Assembly (NCBI GenBank): GCA_051532055.1
Contig: JAOPTX010000004.1
Location: 126,930-190,929 of the forward strand
Length of the DNA: 64,000 nt
Direction of reading: 5' to 3'
Origin: Fibrobacterales bacterium
GTDB lineage: Bacteria; Fibrobacterota; Fibrobacteria; Fibrobacterales; JAOPTW01
Position numbers and translations under genes: made by a program. The first letter of the stretch is position 1. Each line of letters begins with the position of its first letter. Shown one piece after another: positions 20,614 through 30,823 of the stretch. The notes beneath the pieces are model-generated. The model was not told where the DNA came from. It saw only the letters and a program-made list of their open reading frames with translations, and made no database searches.

Positions 20614-21353
20614 TCGAAATAAAGGATCTTCGAAAAACTTGGAAGCAGGACCTTTTTAAGAAACCACATGAGGTTCTTAAAGGGGTAACGTTTTCGGTTC
20701 ATAAAGGAGATCTTTTTGGGTTTATTGGTCCAAATGGAGCAGGTAAATCTACAACAATAAAATCTCTGCTTGGGTTAATACGATACGATTCGGGTATTGC
20801 AACCTTGTTTGGAGAAAAAACTTTTTCAAAATCAGTTGCACAGCAAGTAGGATATCTTCCTGAGCATCCCTATTTTTATAGCTATCTAACTGGACGAGAA
20901 TTACTCGCATTTTATGCCGAGTTACATGGAATAGGTCTGAATGATCGAAATGACCGAATTACAGAGGTTGCAGCCGAGTTACATATTGGTGATCATTGGA
21001 TTGATACTCCTTTAAAAACCTACTCTAAAGGGATGGTTCAAAAAATAGGTATAGCTCAGGCAATACTTCATAAACCATCTCTTTTAATTCTAGATGAGCC
21101 GATGAGTGGTCTTGATCCTGTGGCCCGTCGATTGGTGCGTGACCTTCTGGTTACGCTAAATCAACAAGGTACTACTATCTTTTATTCCAGTCACATTTTA
21201 CATGATGTTGAATCTGTTTCAAATCGTATTGCCCTATTAGTTGATGGGACAGTACGAGCAGCAGGGACTATCAGTGATTTGATTGATAAGACGACATCGA
21301 GAAATTCTCTCGAAGAATTGTTACTTCAGGAGGTCAGTTCCATTGGTTATTAA
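20610..21353 (+). CDS. ABC-2 type transporter ATP-binding protein
   Basis: Walker A GPNGAGKST, signature YSKGM, Walker B LILDEP, H-loop SSH. Confidence 0.93.
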   Translation: MIEIKDLRKTWKQDLFKKPHEVLKGVTFSVHKGDLFGFIGPNGAGKSTTIKSLLGLIRYDSGIATLFGEKTFSKSVAQQVGYLPEHPYFYSYLTGRELLAFYAELHGIGLNDRNDRITEVAAELHIGDHWIDTPLKTYSKGMVQKIGIAQAILHKPSLLILDEPMSGLDPVARRLVRDLLVTLNQQGTTIFYSSHILHDVESVSNRIALLVDGTVRAAGTISDLIDKTTSRNSLEELLLQEVSSIGY

Positions 21354-22128
21354 TACAATTGCAAAGAACACATTTCGTGAACACATTAGAAATAGAGTGT
21401 TGTATGTCATTGGCGCTATCGCACTATTTCTCATAGGCTTTGCACATGTCCTTGGAGATTGGGCTATTTTTAATCGCGTCTATGTCGTTACCTCGTTTAC
21501 GCTTAGTGTGATGTCACTCAGTGGGTTACTGATCTCGATATTTATAGGCGTTGGCCTTGTACATACAGAATTAGAAAAGCATACCCTTTATACGATTGTA
21601 ACGAAACCTGTTTCGAGAACACAGTTTCTTTTGGGCAAATATATTGGCTTACTGTATATTATTGCATGCCATCTAACAGTGCTCTCAATGGCTTTTATAA
21701 TTGCAGTGTTACTTTCAGGAGGTGCAATAACGGTAGAGCATCTTTGGGTTCTTGTATTGAAAGGGTCGGAGATGGCTTTAGTCATAGCGATTGCTTTGTT
21801 TTTCTCTACTTTTTCGAGCACGGCTCTGAGTGCATTTTTCACCTTCAGCTTATACGTCGCAGGACAAACACTTCCATCAGTATTGGAACAGATAGCCTTT
21901 ACCAAAAAAATAGGTTCAGCTCATTATTCTGAGGTACAAGATTCTATCGCTCATTTGCTTCACGCTATTGTGCCTGACTTTACATTATTTAATCGGTCTC
22001 ATGAATTGATACATGCCATACCACTGAGTTTTTGCGATGTGAGTACTGCGTTCTGTTATGGGCTGTTGTATAGTATTCTGCTCCTAGCTGGAGCGGCATT
22101 CTGGTTTCACAGAAAAGAGTTTATTTGA
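21343..22128 (+). CDS. ABC-2 family permease
   Basis: IAKNTFREHIRNR N-terminus, ELEKHTLYTIVTKPVSRTQFLLGKY, about six TMs, ends FHRKEF. TTG start at 21343 follows AGGAGG; the track start is 21283. Confidence 0.88.
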   Translation: MVINTIAKNTFREHIRNRVLYVIGAIALFLIGFAHVLGDWAIFNRVYVVTSFTLSVMSLSGLLISIFIGVGLVHTELEKHTLYTIVTKPVSRTQFLLGKYIGLLYIIACHLTVLSMAFIIAVLLSGGAITVEHLWVLVLKGSEMALVIAIALFFSTFSSTALSAFFTFSLYVAGQTLPSVLEQIAFTKKIGSAHYSEVQDSIAHLLHAIVPDFTLFNRSHELIHAIPLSFCDVSTAFCYGLLYSILLLAGAAFWFHRKEFI

Positions 22129-24563
22129 GGATTACTATGTTGAATAGATCAGATAGGAGTTTTATTAGCCTTCAAAAAACCCTACTAACAATTTTTTTAT
22201 TCTGTTCTATAGGGAATAGTAAGGTAGTTCTCAATACCACAGATGCCTCTCGAGGCAAACTGTACGAAACTGTTGAAGAGAGTGCCGTCACTCATAATAC
22301 TTCTAATAAAAATAGTGCGAATGAGAGTGATTTCAGTGAAGTTGAGGAGTTAAGCGATGGAGTGCCGATTCGTCCAGGCCTTTTTTTAAGTGGTGGATAT
22401 GAAGAGTGCGCGCTTCATATTGGGATACTTAAGACTATTGAGACGTATAAAATCCCCATTGATTATGTGTATGGATCATCATGGGGGGGGCTTATTGCTG
22501 CATTATGGGCGTCAGGGCATAGTGCTGATTCAATAGCAGTATTTCTGGATAGACCAGAGATTATAGAGATTATGAAGGGTGATAGTGATGAGGGATTTCT
22601 ACAATATAGCGCTCCTTTTGGTGTTATGGGTATTCAACAACGGTATAGCTTCATTAGTGATGGCGCCACAAAAAAAACTCTTGTAAAAACTAATAGAACG
22701 AGTGGTAGAGATGCGATACTCGCAGAATTAATAGCAGAAAAAATAGTTCCTTTCTTTTATGAGAAGGGTAGTTCCTATGATTCACTTAGAGTTCCATTAA
22801 GAATTATTACTTCAGATGTACAGACAAAGAAGCCTCATATTCATAAAAGTGGAAATATTTCAAAAGCTATTTTAGCCACACTTTCAAATATTGACCACGG
22901 TGAATTGTACTCTTTTAATAAAAATGAGGTTACCAATGGTCTTGTTTATGCTCGTTTTGTTCCCGATTTTATTTTGGAAGAACATGAAGTTAATTGGCTT
23001 ATAGCTGTAGATGCAAGTCCGGCAAAAATAACGGGTATTAATAGCCAATCTGGGAAAGAACGCTATTTCAGAACTATACATGGATCGCAAGTAACAGGGG
23101 ACCTTTACTATAGTGATAATGTTTTAAAGGTTCAGCCTTCTGCTTATTCTGGCCATGAATCTTTTAAAGCTATTATAGATAAAGGTGCAGCACTCATGAA
23201 GAGTAAAATGGATGCTCTATTTTTGGTGTATGGTGGGGAGTTCACACATAAAGAGTATACACCTTTGAGTCTCTCAGCTGTATCAAAGACGTTTAAATTT
23301 AATCAACTGCATCTCAATACACTAGAGCCTCAATTTCATAGTTATGTGCATTATCTTTTGAGTTTTTATCCTCTTACTATTACCGGGAGTCACTTGAAAG
23401 GAATGGTAGGGGATCTTCACCGGTCTTCCTACTATTCATATCCACACCTCAGTTTATTTGAAAGTATCGATTCAGGTACCGTTGATATAGAAGTAGCCGC
23501 CAAAGTCCAAGACGAACTTACCCTTACGGGCGGGTTATTTGGTGGGTCATTTTTATATCCCCATGCGTATGGCGCGGTGAGTTATGGAAGTGTAAATCAT
23601 TTTCAATACACTGTAGCTCTTCAGGGGTGGATTGGGAATTTTGTTCAAGGCATGAGGGGAGCTGCTTCTTTTTATGCATTAGGAGGAGCGCCGTTCTTTT
23701 TTAAATTGTCGCAGTTTTATCAAAATATTGAGTATCAATCTCTAATGGGGGCCCTCGCAATTGAGAGAAATATATTGAAAGAAGAACGGGATTCTTTACA
23801 TGTGTTGGTAGGGTATGAATCCTCTCATAAAGGTTTCTTATATGCAGATATGTTTTTTGATAATTCATTGTTTACCATTACTGACTCTGATACTTTGAAA
23901 GAGGTGAAAGTAACAGCATTTGAGTTTGGGCTTGGAGGATTATTCAATACACTGAATGATGGAGAATTCTCTACTGGTGGTATATACATAGACCTTTCTG
24001 GGCATTTTAAAGCTGAGGGTTTTCCTGAGGTTATTGGTTCTTCAGCTCCTTTACATGTTGAGGGTGCTGGTCGGTTTCGCAGATATTGCTCCCCGCGATC
24101 GTGGCTACATCTTGGCTTTGGAGGGAGTGGTGCTGTGGACGTTGACTATAAACAATTTGGTAAAATTCCGGAACCATTTACTGCAACCTTTTCAGAGTCT
24201 GACACCTTTTCAAAAATAGTCGAAAAAGATACCGTTATGAGTCGGCGATTTAAACCTACTATGAATACAACACTCCGAGCGCAGTATGGGTATGATCCCC
24301 GTTTTGCAAGCTGGGGATTTGTGAATAGTTTTTTTACAACAGGGGTATCGTGGAACTATCTGAGCAGTTGGATTCGTTTACATACTATGCACTCCTTTGA
24401 TAATGGAGGAGAGTATCTTGATGGATTTCACTCTCTCTTTATTTTTGAAACAGTACTACGATTTAAAGTGCGTTCAATTGAATTGACACTCTTTAGCGAA
24501 AGTCAGTTTGATACAGAAATTGAACATTTAATTGGATTTCAAGTCGGGACATTCCCGTTTTAG
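22125..24563 (+). CDS. Patatin-like domain protein with probable C-terminal beta-barrel (PlpD-like); catalytic motifs degenerate
   Basis: Signal-peptide-like N-terminus; GLFLSGGYEECALHIGILK; IPIDYVYGSSWGGLIAALWASG (GxSxG); amphipathic beta-strand-like C-terminal half ending in Phe. The real start may be ATG 22137. Confidence 0.72.
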   Translation: MRITMLNRSDRSFISLQKTLLTIFLFCSIGNSKVVLNTTDASRGKLYETVEESAVTHNTSNKNSANESDFSEVEELSDGVPIRPGLFLSGGYEECALHIGILKTIETYKIPIDYVYGSSWGGLIAALWASGHSADSIAVFLDRPEIIEIMKGDSDEGFLQYSAPFGVMGIQQRYSFISDGATKKTLVKTNRTSGRDAILAELIAEKIVPFFYEKGSSYDSLRVPLRIITSDVQTKKPHIHKSGNISKAILATLSNIDHGELYSFNKNEVTNGLVYARFVPDFILEEHEVNWLIAVDASPAKITGINSQSGKERYFRTIHGSQVTGDLYYSDNVLKVQPSAYSGHESFKAIIDKGAALMKSKMDALFLVYGGEFTHKEYTPLSLSAVSKTFKFNQLHLNTLEPQFHSYVHYLLSFYPLTITGSHLKGMVGDLHRSSYYSYPHLSLFESIDSGTVDIEVAAKVQDELTLTGGLFGGSFLYPHAYGAVSYGSVNHFQYTVALQGWIGNFVQGMRGAASFYALGGAPFFFKLSQFYQNIEYQSLMGALAIERNILKEERDSLHVLVGYESSHKGFLYADMFFDNSLFTITDSDTLKEVKVTAFEFGLGGLFNTLNDGEFSTGGIYIDLSGHFKAEGFPEVIGSSAPLHVEGAGRFRRYCSPRSWLHLGFGGSGAVDVDYKQFGKIPEPFTATFSESDTFSKIVEKDTVMSRRFKPTMNTTLRAQYGYDPRFASWGFVNSFFTTGVSWNYLSSWIRLHTMHSFDNGGEYLDGFHSLFIFETVLRFKVRSIELTLFSESQFDTEIEHLIGFQVGTFPF

Positions 24564-24644
24564 ATTTTTTTTAGGCAAAAAAATGACAAAAAAACCTTTT
24601 TGATGGTTTATAATCATAGTGGCATGGTATACTGATAGTATAGT

Positions 24645-26591
24645 ATGAGACATATTGATTTAGTTATAAACAGCGAAGGGACAAAAGTTGTCTGTAAAAG
24701 TGTTGCGCCAGGAACCAGTGTTGCTGATTTTCTTGATCGATTACAAGACCTTCAAATTCGAGAAGGATTTTCTAATGATTCATTACAGGATATAATTGAA
24801 CGGATAGATGCTGGGGGAGTAATTGAGCAGGATGTTCTTGTTGCTGAAGTTCCCTCTATTCAGGTAACATTGGCTATTACGGACACTCTACTTTCTTCTG
24901 ATGAAGTGAACCAGCTTGGAACGGAATTGAGACGAGTCTATAAGTCACTTATGAGTGATGATGGCAAAAAGAAAGCTGATTTTGTCTACTATCTTACTGG
25001 TCAAACGCCCTTTATTACCATTGGTAAAAGTCGGAAAAATGTGTATGGAATGGAAGTCATGGTTGATCTCGATAGTGATTTCTTACAGATAGACCCCGAT
25101 GCATTTTCTGTTGATGAGCTGAGTGCTGTATACCAGCTTGTATCAAAAAAAGAGGGTTACGGGGTGCTGAATGATAGGTTGCATCTCAATATCATTGAAC
25201 CGACGCTCATTAATGATGCTGAGACCGAAATGCATTATTATTTTCATCCGGCAGATTTTGGTCAGCAGAAACTCATACAGAGTTTTTTTAATAAAGCTGA
25301 AGAGGGTGTGTCGACTCTTGACCAAGGTGAAATTACTGCATTGCTTAAAGAAAACCTGTCTAAAAAAGTACTCTGTCGAAAAAGACGAGAATCGGTTCCA
25401 GGTCAAAATGGTAGAGTAGTGGTTCACTATATTCCTCCACGAGAACGAGATGTAGAGAATGATACAAAAGTAGATCATAAGGCATGGTCTCAATTCGACA
25501 TGGTGTTTAAGGGCGAGATACTCTGTGAAAAACTGCCAGTTATAGAGGGAGTGGCTGGGGTTGATGTTATGGGGAATGTAATTCCTGTTGAACCGGTTGT
25601 GGATTGTGAGTTTACAGCGGGTGAAAATGTATTGATTGAAGAGCGCGAAAAATCGACTCTTTATAGAGCTGAAAAAGATGGGATTGTTACGATACAGGAA
25701 CATGGATGTAGTATCAATACTAACTTACAAGTAGATGAGGTATCTCAAGAAACCGGAAATATAACCTTTGATCACTCGGTTGTTATAAAAAAAGATGTTA
25801 AAGAAGGCTTTTCAATTACGACAAAAGAAGATTGCATTATCGGCGGGAATGTCGAGAATGGTGCAATAATAGAATGTGGCGGGAATTTAATTGTAAAGCG
25901 TGGTATTTTTGGTGATCAAACAATTGTTAAGGTGAAAGGCAATGCTGAAATAGGCTTTATACAAGAGAGCACCATTTCGGTAGATAAAAATATAATGGTG
26001 GATGGTTTTGTTTATCATGCAAAAATTTTTGCCGGTGAAAATATTGAGGTGAGTGGCAAAAAAATTGTGGGTGATAATAAAGGGAGTGTTATAGGGGGAG
26101 TATTAAATGCTTTTCATTCAATTACCATTCATTCGGTAGGTTCTCATTCAACAAAAACGGAGCTCTTTGCTGGGGTCAACATTGAAAATCTTAGGAACAT
26201 GTATAATCTTCGTGAAAGCGTAACGTTTTGTGATACGCAGGTAGATAAATTTAAAATGTTCCAAGGGGTGGACCTGATGTCCAAAGAGGCTGCTGTGAAA
26301 GTGGCGCAGATGAATACATCTGCAAAACAATTTGTAAAAACAGCATTAGAAAATATAAAAAAAATTCTTGCGAAAAAAAAAGAGCTCCAAAATGCTATGT
26401 CTATAATTGAAGGTCAGGTGTTTCATCCGCAATCTGATTCGTGTGAAATAGAAATTATAAATCAAATTATACCTGATGTACATCTCCGTATTAGTACAGG
26501 ACAATCAGTAATAAAAGGGAAAGATAAGGGAAGAAGTTATGCCTATGTGAATGGGCAGATCATTGCTCGAACAGTTATTAATAAAAAGTAA
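24645..26591 (+). CDS. FapA (DUF342) family flagellar assembly protein A-like, paralogue 1
   Basis: PGQNGR, VDHK...VFKGEILCEKLP, GVDVMG, beta-helix DEVSQETGNITFDHSVVIKKDVKEGF, GSVIGG, GSHSTKTELFAGVN, C-terminal coiled coil. Confidence 0.85.
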   Translation: MRHIDLVINSEGTKVVCKSVAPGTSVADFLDRLQDLQIREGFSNDSLQDIIERIDAGGVIEQDVLVAEVPSIQVTLAITDTLLSSDEVNQLGTELRRVYKSLMSDDGKKKADFVYYLTGQTPFITIGKSRKNVYGMEVMVDLDSDFLQIDPDAFSVDELSAVYQLVSKKEGYGVLNDRLHLNIIEPTLINDAETEMHYYFHPADFGQQKLIQSFFNKAEEGVSTLDQGEITALLKENLSKKVLCRKRRESVPGQNGRVVVHYIPPRERDVENDTKVDHKAWSQFDMVFKGEILCEKLPVIEGVAGVDVMGNVIPVEPVVDCEFTAGENVLIEEREKSTLYRAEKDGIVTIQEHGCSINTNLQVDEVSQETGNITFDHSVVIKKDVKEGFSITTKEDCIIGGNVENGAIIECGGNLIVKRGIFGDQTIVKVKGNAEIGFIQESTISVDKNIMVDGFVYHAKIFAGENIEVSGKKIVGDNKGSVIGGVLNAFHSITIHSVGSHSTKTELFAGVNIENLRNMYNLRESVTFCDTQVDKFKMFQGVDLMSKEAAVKVAQMNTSAKQFVKTALENIKKILAKKKELQNAMSIIEGQVFHPQSDSCEIEIINQIIPDVHLRISTGQSVIKGKDKGRSYAYVNGQIIARTVINKK

Positions 26592-26606
26592 TGTTTTATA
26601 ATTAAG

Positions 26607-27512
26607 TTGGGTGCCATGAATACGAATGATCTTCTTGAAACGAATAGACTGCTTACAGAAAAGGTAAGAGCGCTTGAAGAAGGGACTCAATATATGCAAC
26701 AAATGCAGATGCAGATGGTGCAAAATGAGAGACTGATTGCTATTGGTCAATTAGCAGCTGGAGTTGCGCACGAAATTAATAACCCCTTAAGTTTTGTTAC
26801 TCTCAATATTGATCATCTATCTGAATATGTACTGCAGATTCAAAACCTTGCAAAGGTATGGAGTACGAATGAAAGAGAGCCTTCTCTGAAAGATGTATCT
26901 CAATATGCTCCATTAGTTGGCTCTGCGGGTGATTTACAAACATTACTGAGTGAAACACAAGAGGGGATTGAACGAATAAGGGAGATTGTACAAAGCCTAC
27001 GAGGCTTTTCACGAGTGGATACTGGCGATGGTGTTGTAGAAAATAATATTAATGAGGGTATGCAGTCAACACTCGTTGTGGTACAACATCAAATTAAGCA
27101 TGCAGCGGACGTCGAAGTGTACCTTGGTGATATTCCCCTTGTACCCTGTAATCTTGGTGAAATTAATCAGGTTTTTCTCAATGTTTTAGTTAATGCGGTA
27201 GCTGCTATTCAGAGTAGTCCTCATGAGCGGGGGCGTATTGGAGTAAGAACTTTTGTACGAAATGAGAGTGTGGTGTGTGAAATAGAAAATAATGGCGACT
27301 CCATAGAAGAAAATATAGTTAAAAAAATATTCGACCCTTTTTTTACTACCAAGCGAGTAGGTGAGGGGACTGGATTGGGACTGAGTATTTCACATGATAT
27401 TATTGTAAATAAGCATAACGGATCGCTCTATGTTGATCGTTCTTTTAGCGAGGGAGTTCGTTTCGTAATTGAGCTTCCTATTGGAAAAATTCACCTGTTA
27501 GAAAGGGAATGA
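26607..27512 (+). CDS. Cytoplasmic NtrB-type histidine kinase with no input domain
   Basis: H-box LAAGVAHEINNPL, N-box QVFLNVLVNA, F-box IFDPFFTTK, G2 GTGLGLSIS. Only about 35 aa of coiled coil precede the H-box. The start may be ATG 26616. Confidence 0.9.
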   Translation: MGAMNTNDLLETNRLLTEKVRALEEGTQYMQQMQMQMVQNERLIAIGQLAAGVAHEINNPLSFVTLNIDHLSEYVLQIQNLAKVWSTNEREPSLKDVSQYAPLVGSAGDLQTLLSETQEGIERIREIVQSLRGFSRVDTGDGVVENNINEGMQSTLVVVQHQIKHAADVEVYLGDIPLVPCNLGEINQVFLNVLVNAVAAIQSSPHERGRIGVRTFVRNESVVCEIENNGDSIEENIVKKIFDPFFTTKRVGEGTGLGLSISHDIIVNKHNGSLYVDRSFSEGVRFVIELPIGKIHLLERE

Positions 27513-27513
27513 A

Positions 27514-28422
27514 ATGAGAAGAGTATTGTTTGTTGATGATGAACAGAGTGTTTTGAATGCCCTGGAGAGGACCCTGGAACTTACTAACTATGTAGGTACT
27601 TTCTGTACAAGTACAGCAGAAGCACTGCAGTATCTTAAAAATGAACCATTTGGTTTGGTGATTTCGGATATGCGCATGCCCGAAATGGATGGGGTAACAT
27701 TTATTGTAGAGGCGCATACGATAAATCCACTGGCGATTAAGTTAGTACTTTCTGGGTATTCTGATGTAGAGTCAATTACTCAAGCGATAAACGAAGGTCA
27801 TGTGTGGCGTTATCTCTCAAAAGATTTAAAAAAAGAGGAACTCCTTCTGAATTTGAATAATGCATGGGAGTTGTATGAAGAGCGGAGTGGACGTGCACAG
27901 CTTCTTGAAGAGTTAAATAGAAAAAATCAAGAACTCGAAAATATGAATAATGTTTTAGAAGCAAAGGTTGCAGAGCGTACTTGGGAACTGAATGAGCGAT
28001 CCGAGATATTGAGCGAATTACTCGAAGGTGGAGCTGTAGAAGAATTACTTCAGAGAATTACCACTCTCGCAACTAAAATGTTTCATATTGATGAAATTTA
28101 TGTGTCGGTTCCATTCTTAAATAAGACATTTTCTAGCATCAATACTGAGAGTAGCGTGATTTTGGATACGCTGGCTAAAAATGCTTTTGTTAATCAAAAG
28201 GTGTCAGTAGATGGAGCGGTCGCAGCAATTCCACTAGAAAAATCGGGTAAACAATTGGGGGTATTGGTTGTAAATAATAAAGACCATATACCGGTGACTA
28301 ATATTCAAGAAAAGTTTGCGAGAATCGCAACGCTTATCAGTTTAGTATTATACCAACAGAAAGTAATAGTAGACACGCCTGAAACCCTTAAAAATATAGA
28401 TACCATACTGAGCGAGATGTAA
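27514..28422 (+). CDS. Response regulator: receiver, coiled coil and GAF-like C-terminal domain
   Basis: LFVDDE, ISDMRMPEMDG, LSGY, YLSK; S-helix LEAKVAERT; C-terminal AAIPLEKSGKQLGVLVV resembles GAF. Confidence 0.85.
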   Translation: MRRVLFVDDEQSVLNALERTLELTNYVGTFCTSTAEALQYLKNEPFGLVISDMRMPEMDGVTFIVEAHTINPLAIKLVLSGYSDVESITQAINEGHVWRYLSKDLKKEELLLNLNNAWELYEERSGRAQLLEELNRKNQELENMNNVLEAKVAERTWELNERSEILSELLEGGAVEELLQRITTLATKMFHIDEIYVSVPFLNKTFSSINTESSVILDTLAKNAFVNQKVSVDGAVAAIPLEKSGKQLGVLVVNNKDHIPVTNIQEKFARIATLISLVLYQQKVIVDTPETLKNIDTILSEM

Positions 28423-30437
28423 TGGCTGACGAAATCCTACAGTTTAAAATAAGTGAAGATGAGTATTCGGTTATGCTCGCCTCACTCTACCCAGAGGTAA
28501 CACTTTCGTTAATTCGTGAAGAGCTTGCCCTCCTTGGAGTAACTGAAGGTATACAGATCGCAGCTATTGAAGAAGCAATCAAATCATGTTCAGGAGGGGG
28601 GACTGTACAAAATTTGATTGTTGCACGGGCAGGAGTATTTGGTTTAGAAATCGGCTATATACCTAAAGGGGAAAAAATTGGGTATACAGAACTCCAAGAT
28701 TATGCGAAAACATTTAAATCGCTCTTTTCTTCTCTGAATAATCGAGAGGTTGTTAAACCATCGGCAAGCAAGTTGTATGATAATCTCCTGTTTTTGGCTC
28801 AAGGCCAAGCTGTTTTTCGGGTCGCCAAGACTATGAAAAATGTTCGGGGTGTTGAGATTGATGTTGATCCAGATAGTGATATTATCTCTTTGGATGAATC
28901 TATTGTTGTTGAAGATAAAGGGACTTTTTATGAGTGGTCGGCAGGTGAAGCAGGGTATCTCGTTTGTAATCTTCATAATGAATTGGCGTTATTTTCACCA
29001 TATAACCCGAATAGTGATAAGACTCAACTCTTCTTTTTAGTTGAACCAGTAAGTGTAGGGGCCAAAGAGCAGCAGTTAGCGCTTTCTGAGTATTTAGATG
29101 AAAAGCTCATTAAGAAGCGGGGCCTTACTCTTCAAGAAGTATTAAATAATCCAAAGGGTGACCTCTTGATTCGGAAACAGATAGATGTGATTCCAGGAAG
29201 AAACGCTGAGCTTGAGATTCTTGTTGAGAAAAAAAGAGTTGAGGTTAAAGAGAATGAGCAAGTTGATCATAAAGCGGTGAGTAGTTTTTTACATGTTAAA
29301 GAAGGGATTGCAATTGCCAAGAAAATTCAACCTAAGGAGGGGAAGGCTGGCATTGATATTTGGATGGAGAGTATTCCTGTTGAGCCTATTAAGGATGATG
29401 ATTTTATTGTGGGCGATTTTATAGAGAGTACAGAGAAAGAAGGAGAAATCGAGTATTGCACAACAGTTGAGGGAGTGCTCTATGTAAATGGTAAGACACT
29501 TATGGTCTCCGAGGGTCTTATTATCGAAGGAGACGTCAATGCAGAGACGGGTAATGTTCGTTATGATAAAGATATTGTTGTAGAGGGGTCTGTTTTAGAG
29601 GGTTTTTCTGTTGAATCCGGGGGTAATATTTCCATACAAGGAAGTGTTGCCAATAATGCTCGTATTGATGCGCGTAAAAACCTTGAAGTATTGAAAGGAG
29701 TGTTTGGAGAGGCGACTTCGATCTACGTTAAAGGAAATGCAGAGATAGGGTTTGTGCAAGAAAGTATGGTGCGCATAGAAGGAGATTGCCTTATTGATAG
29801 GTTTCTCTACCAAGCTCGAGTCTTTGTTGGGCGTGAGATTACTGTTTTGGGGAATAAGGTCAAGGTCCAGAAGAAGGGGGCGGTTATCGGAGGAGTGACC
29901 AATGCGGTACATGGGATGACATTGCATTCTGCTGGGTCTATTGCAACCAAGACGGAACTTATTGCGGGAATTGACATTCGGCTTCTTGAACAAATAAAAG
30001 AGCTTGAAGGGGCTCAAGAGGTTCTTGCGCAAAGCATTGTACAGCTAGAGGCGCGTGTTGGGATGGATCTCGCACGAAATGATTCAGTTGAACATCTCAG
30101 AACACTCGGAGAGGCTGATAAAGCTAAAATGAAAGAGAAGCTTGTTGCGCTGAAAGAATCAATGGATAAGCGAGAAAAAGTAGGCAAAGCTTTGGAGCAG
30201 CTTAAAGAGCGTTCTAAAGGAATGATCGCGGAAAGTCCGTTTATAGAGGTGAAAACTAAAGTAATACCAGACCTGCTTATTCGCCTTGGGAGCAGCTTTA
30301 AAGAGATAAAGGAGGAATTGAACGGGATTAAATTCCGTGGACTCCATAAAGAAATTCTAGAAGAGAAAGACGGGGCCCTTATTCGAGAAGATGGTACGAT
30401 TGTCTCGACGGAAAAACATAAAAAAACTGAGGAATAG
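28422..30437 (+). CDS. FapA (DUF342) family protein, paralogue 2
   Basis: FapA_N-like start (FKISEDEYSV...LGVTEGI), PGRNA, VDHK...VKEGIAIAKKI, GDVNAETGNVRYDKDIVVEGSVLEGF, GAVIGG, GSIATKTELIAGID. Start overlaps the RR stop (TAATG). Confidence 0.87.
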   Translation: MADEILQFKISEDEYSVMLASLYPEVTLSLIREELALLGVTEGIQIAAIEEAIKSCSGGGTVQNLIVARAGVFGLEIGYIPKGEKIGYTELQDYAKTFKSLFSSLNNREVVKPSASKLYDNLLFLAQGQAVFRVAKTMKNVRGVEIDVDPDSDIISLDESIVVEDKGTFYEWSAGEAGYLVCNLHNELALFSPYNPNSDKTQLFFLVEPVSVGAKEQQLALSEYLDEKLIKKRGLTLQEVLNNPKGDLLIRKQIDVIPGRNAELEILVEKKRVEVKENEQVDHKAVSSFLHVKEGIAIAKKIQPKEGKAGIDIWMESIPVEPIKDDDFIVGDFIESTEKEGEIEYCTTVEGVLYVNGKTLMVSEGLIIEGDVNAETGNVRYDKDIVVEGSVLEGFSVESGGNISIQGSVANNARIDARKNLEVLKGVFGEATSIYVKGNAEIGFVQESMVRIEGDCLIDRFLYQARVFVGREITVLGNKVKVQKKGAVIGGVTNAVHGMTLHSAGSIATKTELIAGIDIRLLEQIKELEGAQEVLAQSIVQLEARVGMDLARNDSVEHLRTLGEADKAKMKEKLVALKESMDKREKVGKALEQLKERSKGMIAESPFIEVKTKVIPDLLIRLGSSFKEIKEELNGIKFRGLHKEILEEKDGALIREDGTIVSTEKHKKTEE

Positions 30438-30574
30438 CCCTAATTCCCTATTAGAAGGCGTTTTGGGTAATAGGCTGTGTTAAAAAGCTTTTCAAAACCT
30501 TACAATTTTATAGATGATCACTCCTTTCAACTTCTAATAATATAGTTTTTGGGTAAAATAGATCATGGAATACT

Positions 30575-30823
30575 ATGAAGCCAAATAGAAATGACCTTAT
30601 CGATGAGTTATGTCAGGAGTCCACTGGAGGGATTTCCTTGAGCGTAGTGATAGTGGTATTAGGAGTGTGTATATTGCTTATTGTGACGCTTTCCCTATTT
30701 TCAAATATTCCTACTTATGGATTGCTTGGCGTAGGTGTTGTGGTATTAGGGGGCCTTTATGGCTATGCACGATCTTTTTCTAAAAAAACATCTCAAGTAA
30801 AACGGGATATATTAGACTTATGA
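30575..30823 (+). CDS. Small two-TM hypothetical protein
   Basis: Two hydrophobic helices; ATGA overlap with the next gene. Confidence 0.55.
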   Translation: MKPNRNDLIDELCQESTGGISLSVVIVVLGVCILLIVTLSLFSNIPTYGLLGVGVVVLGGLYGYARSFSKKTSQVKRDILDL

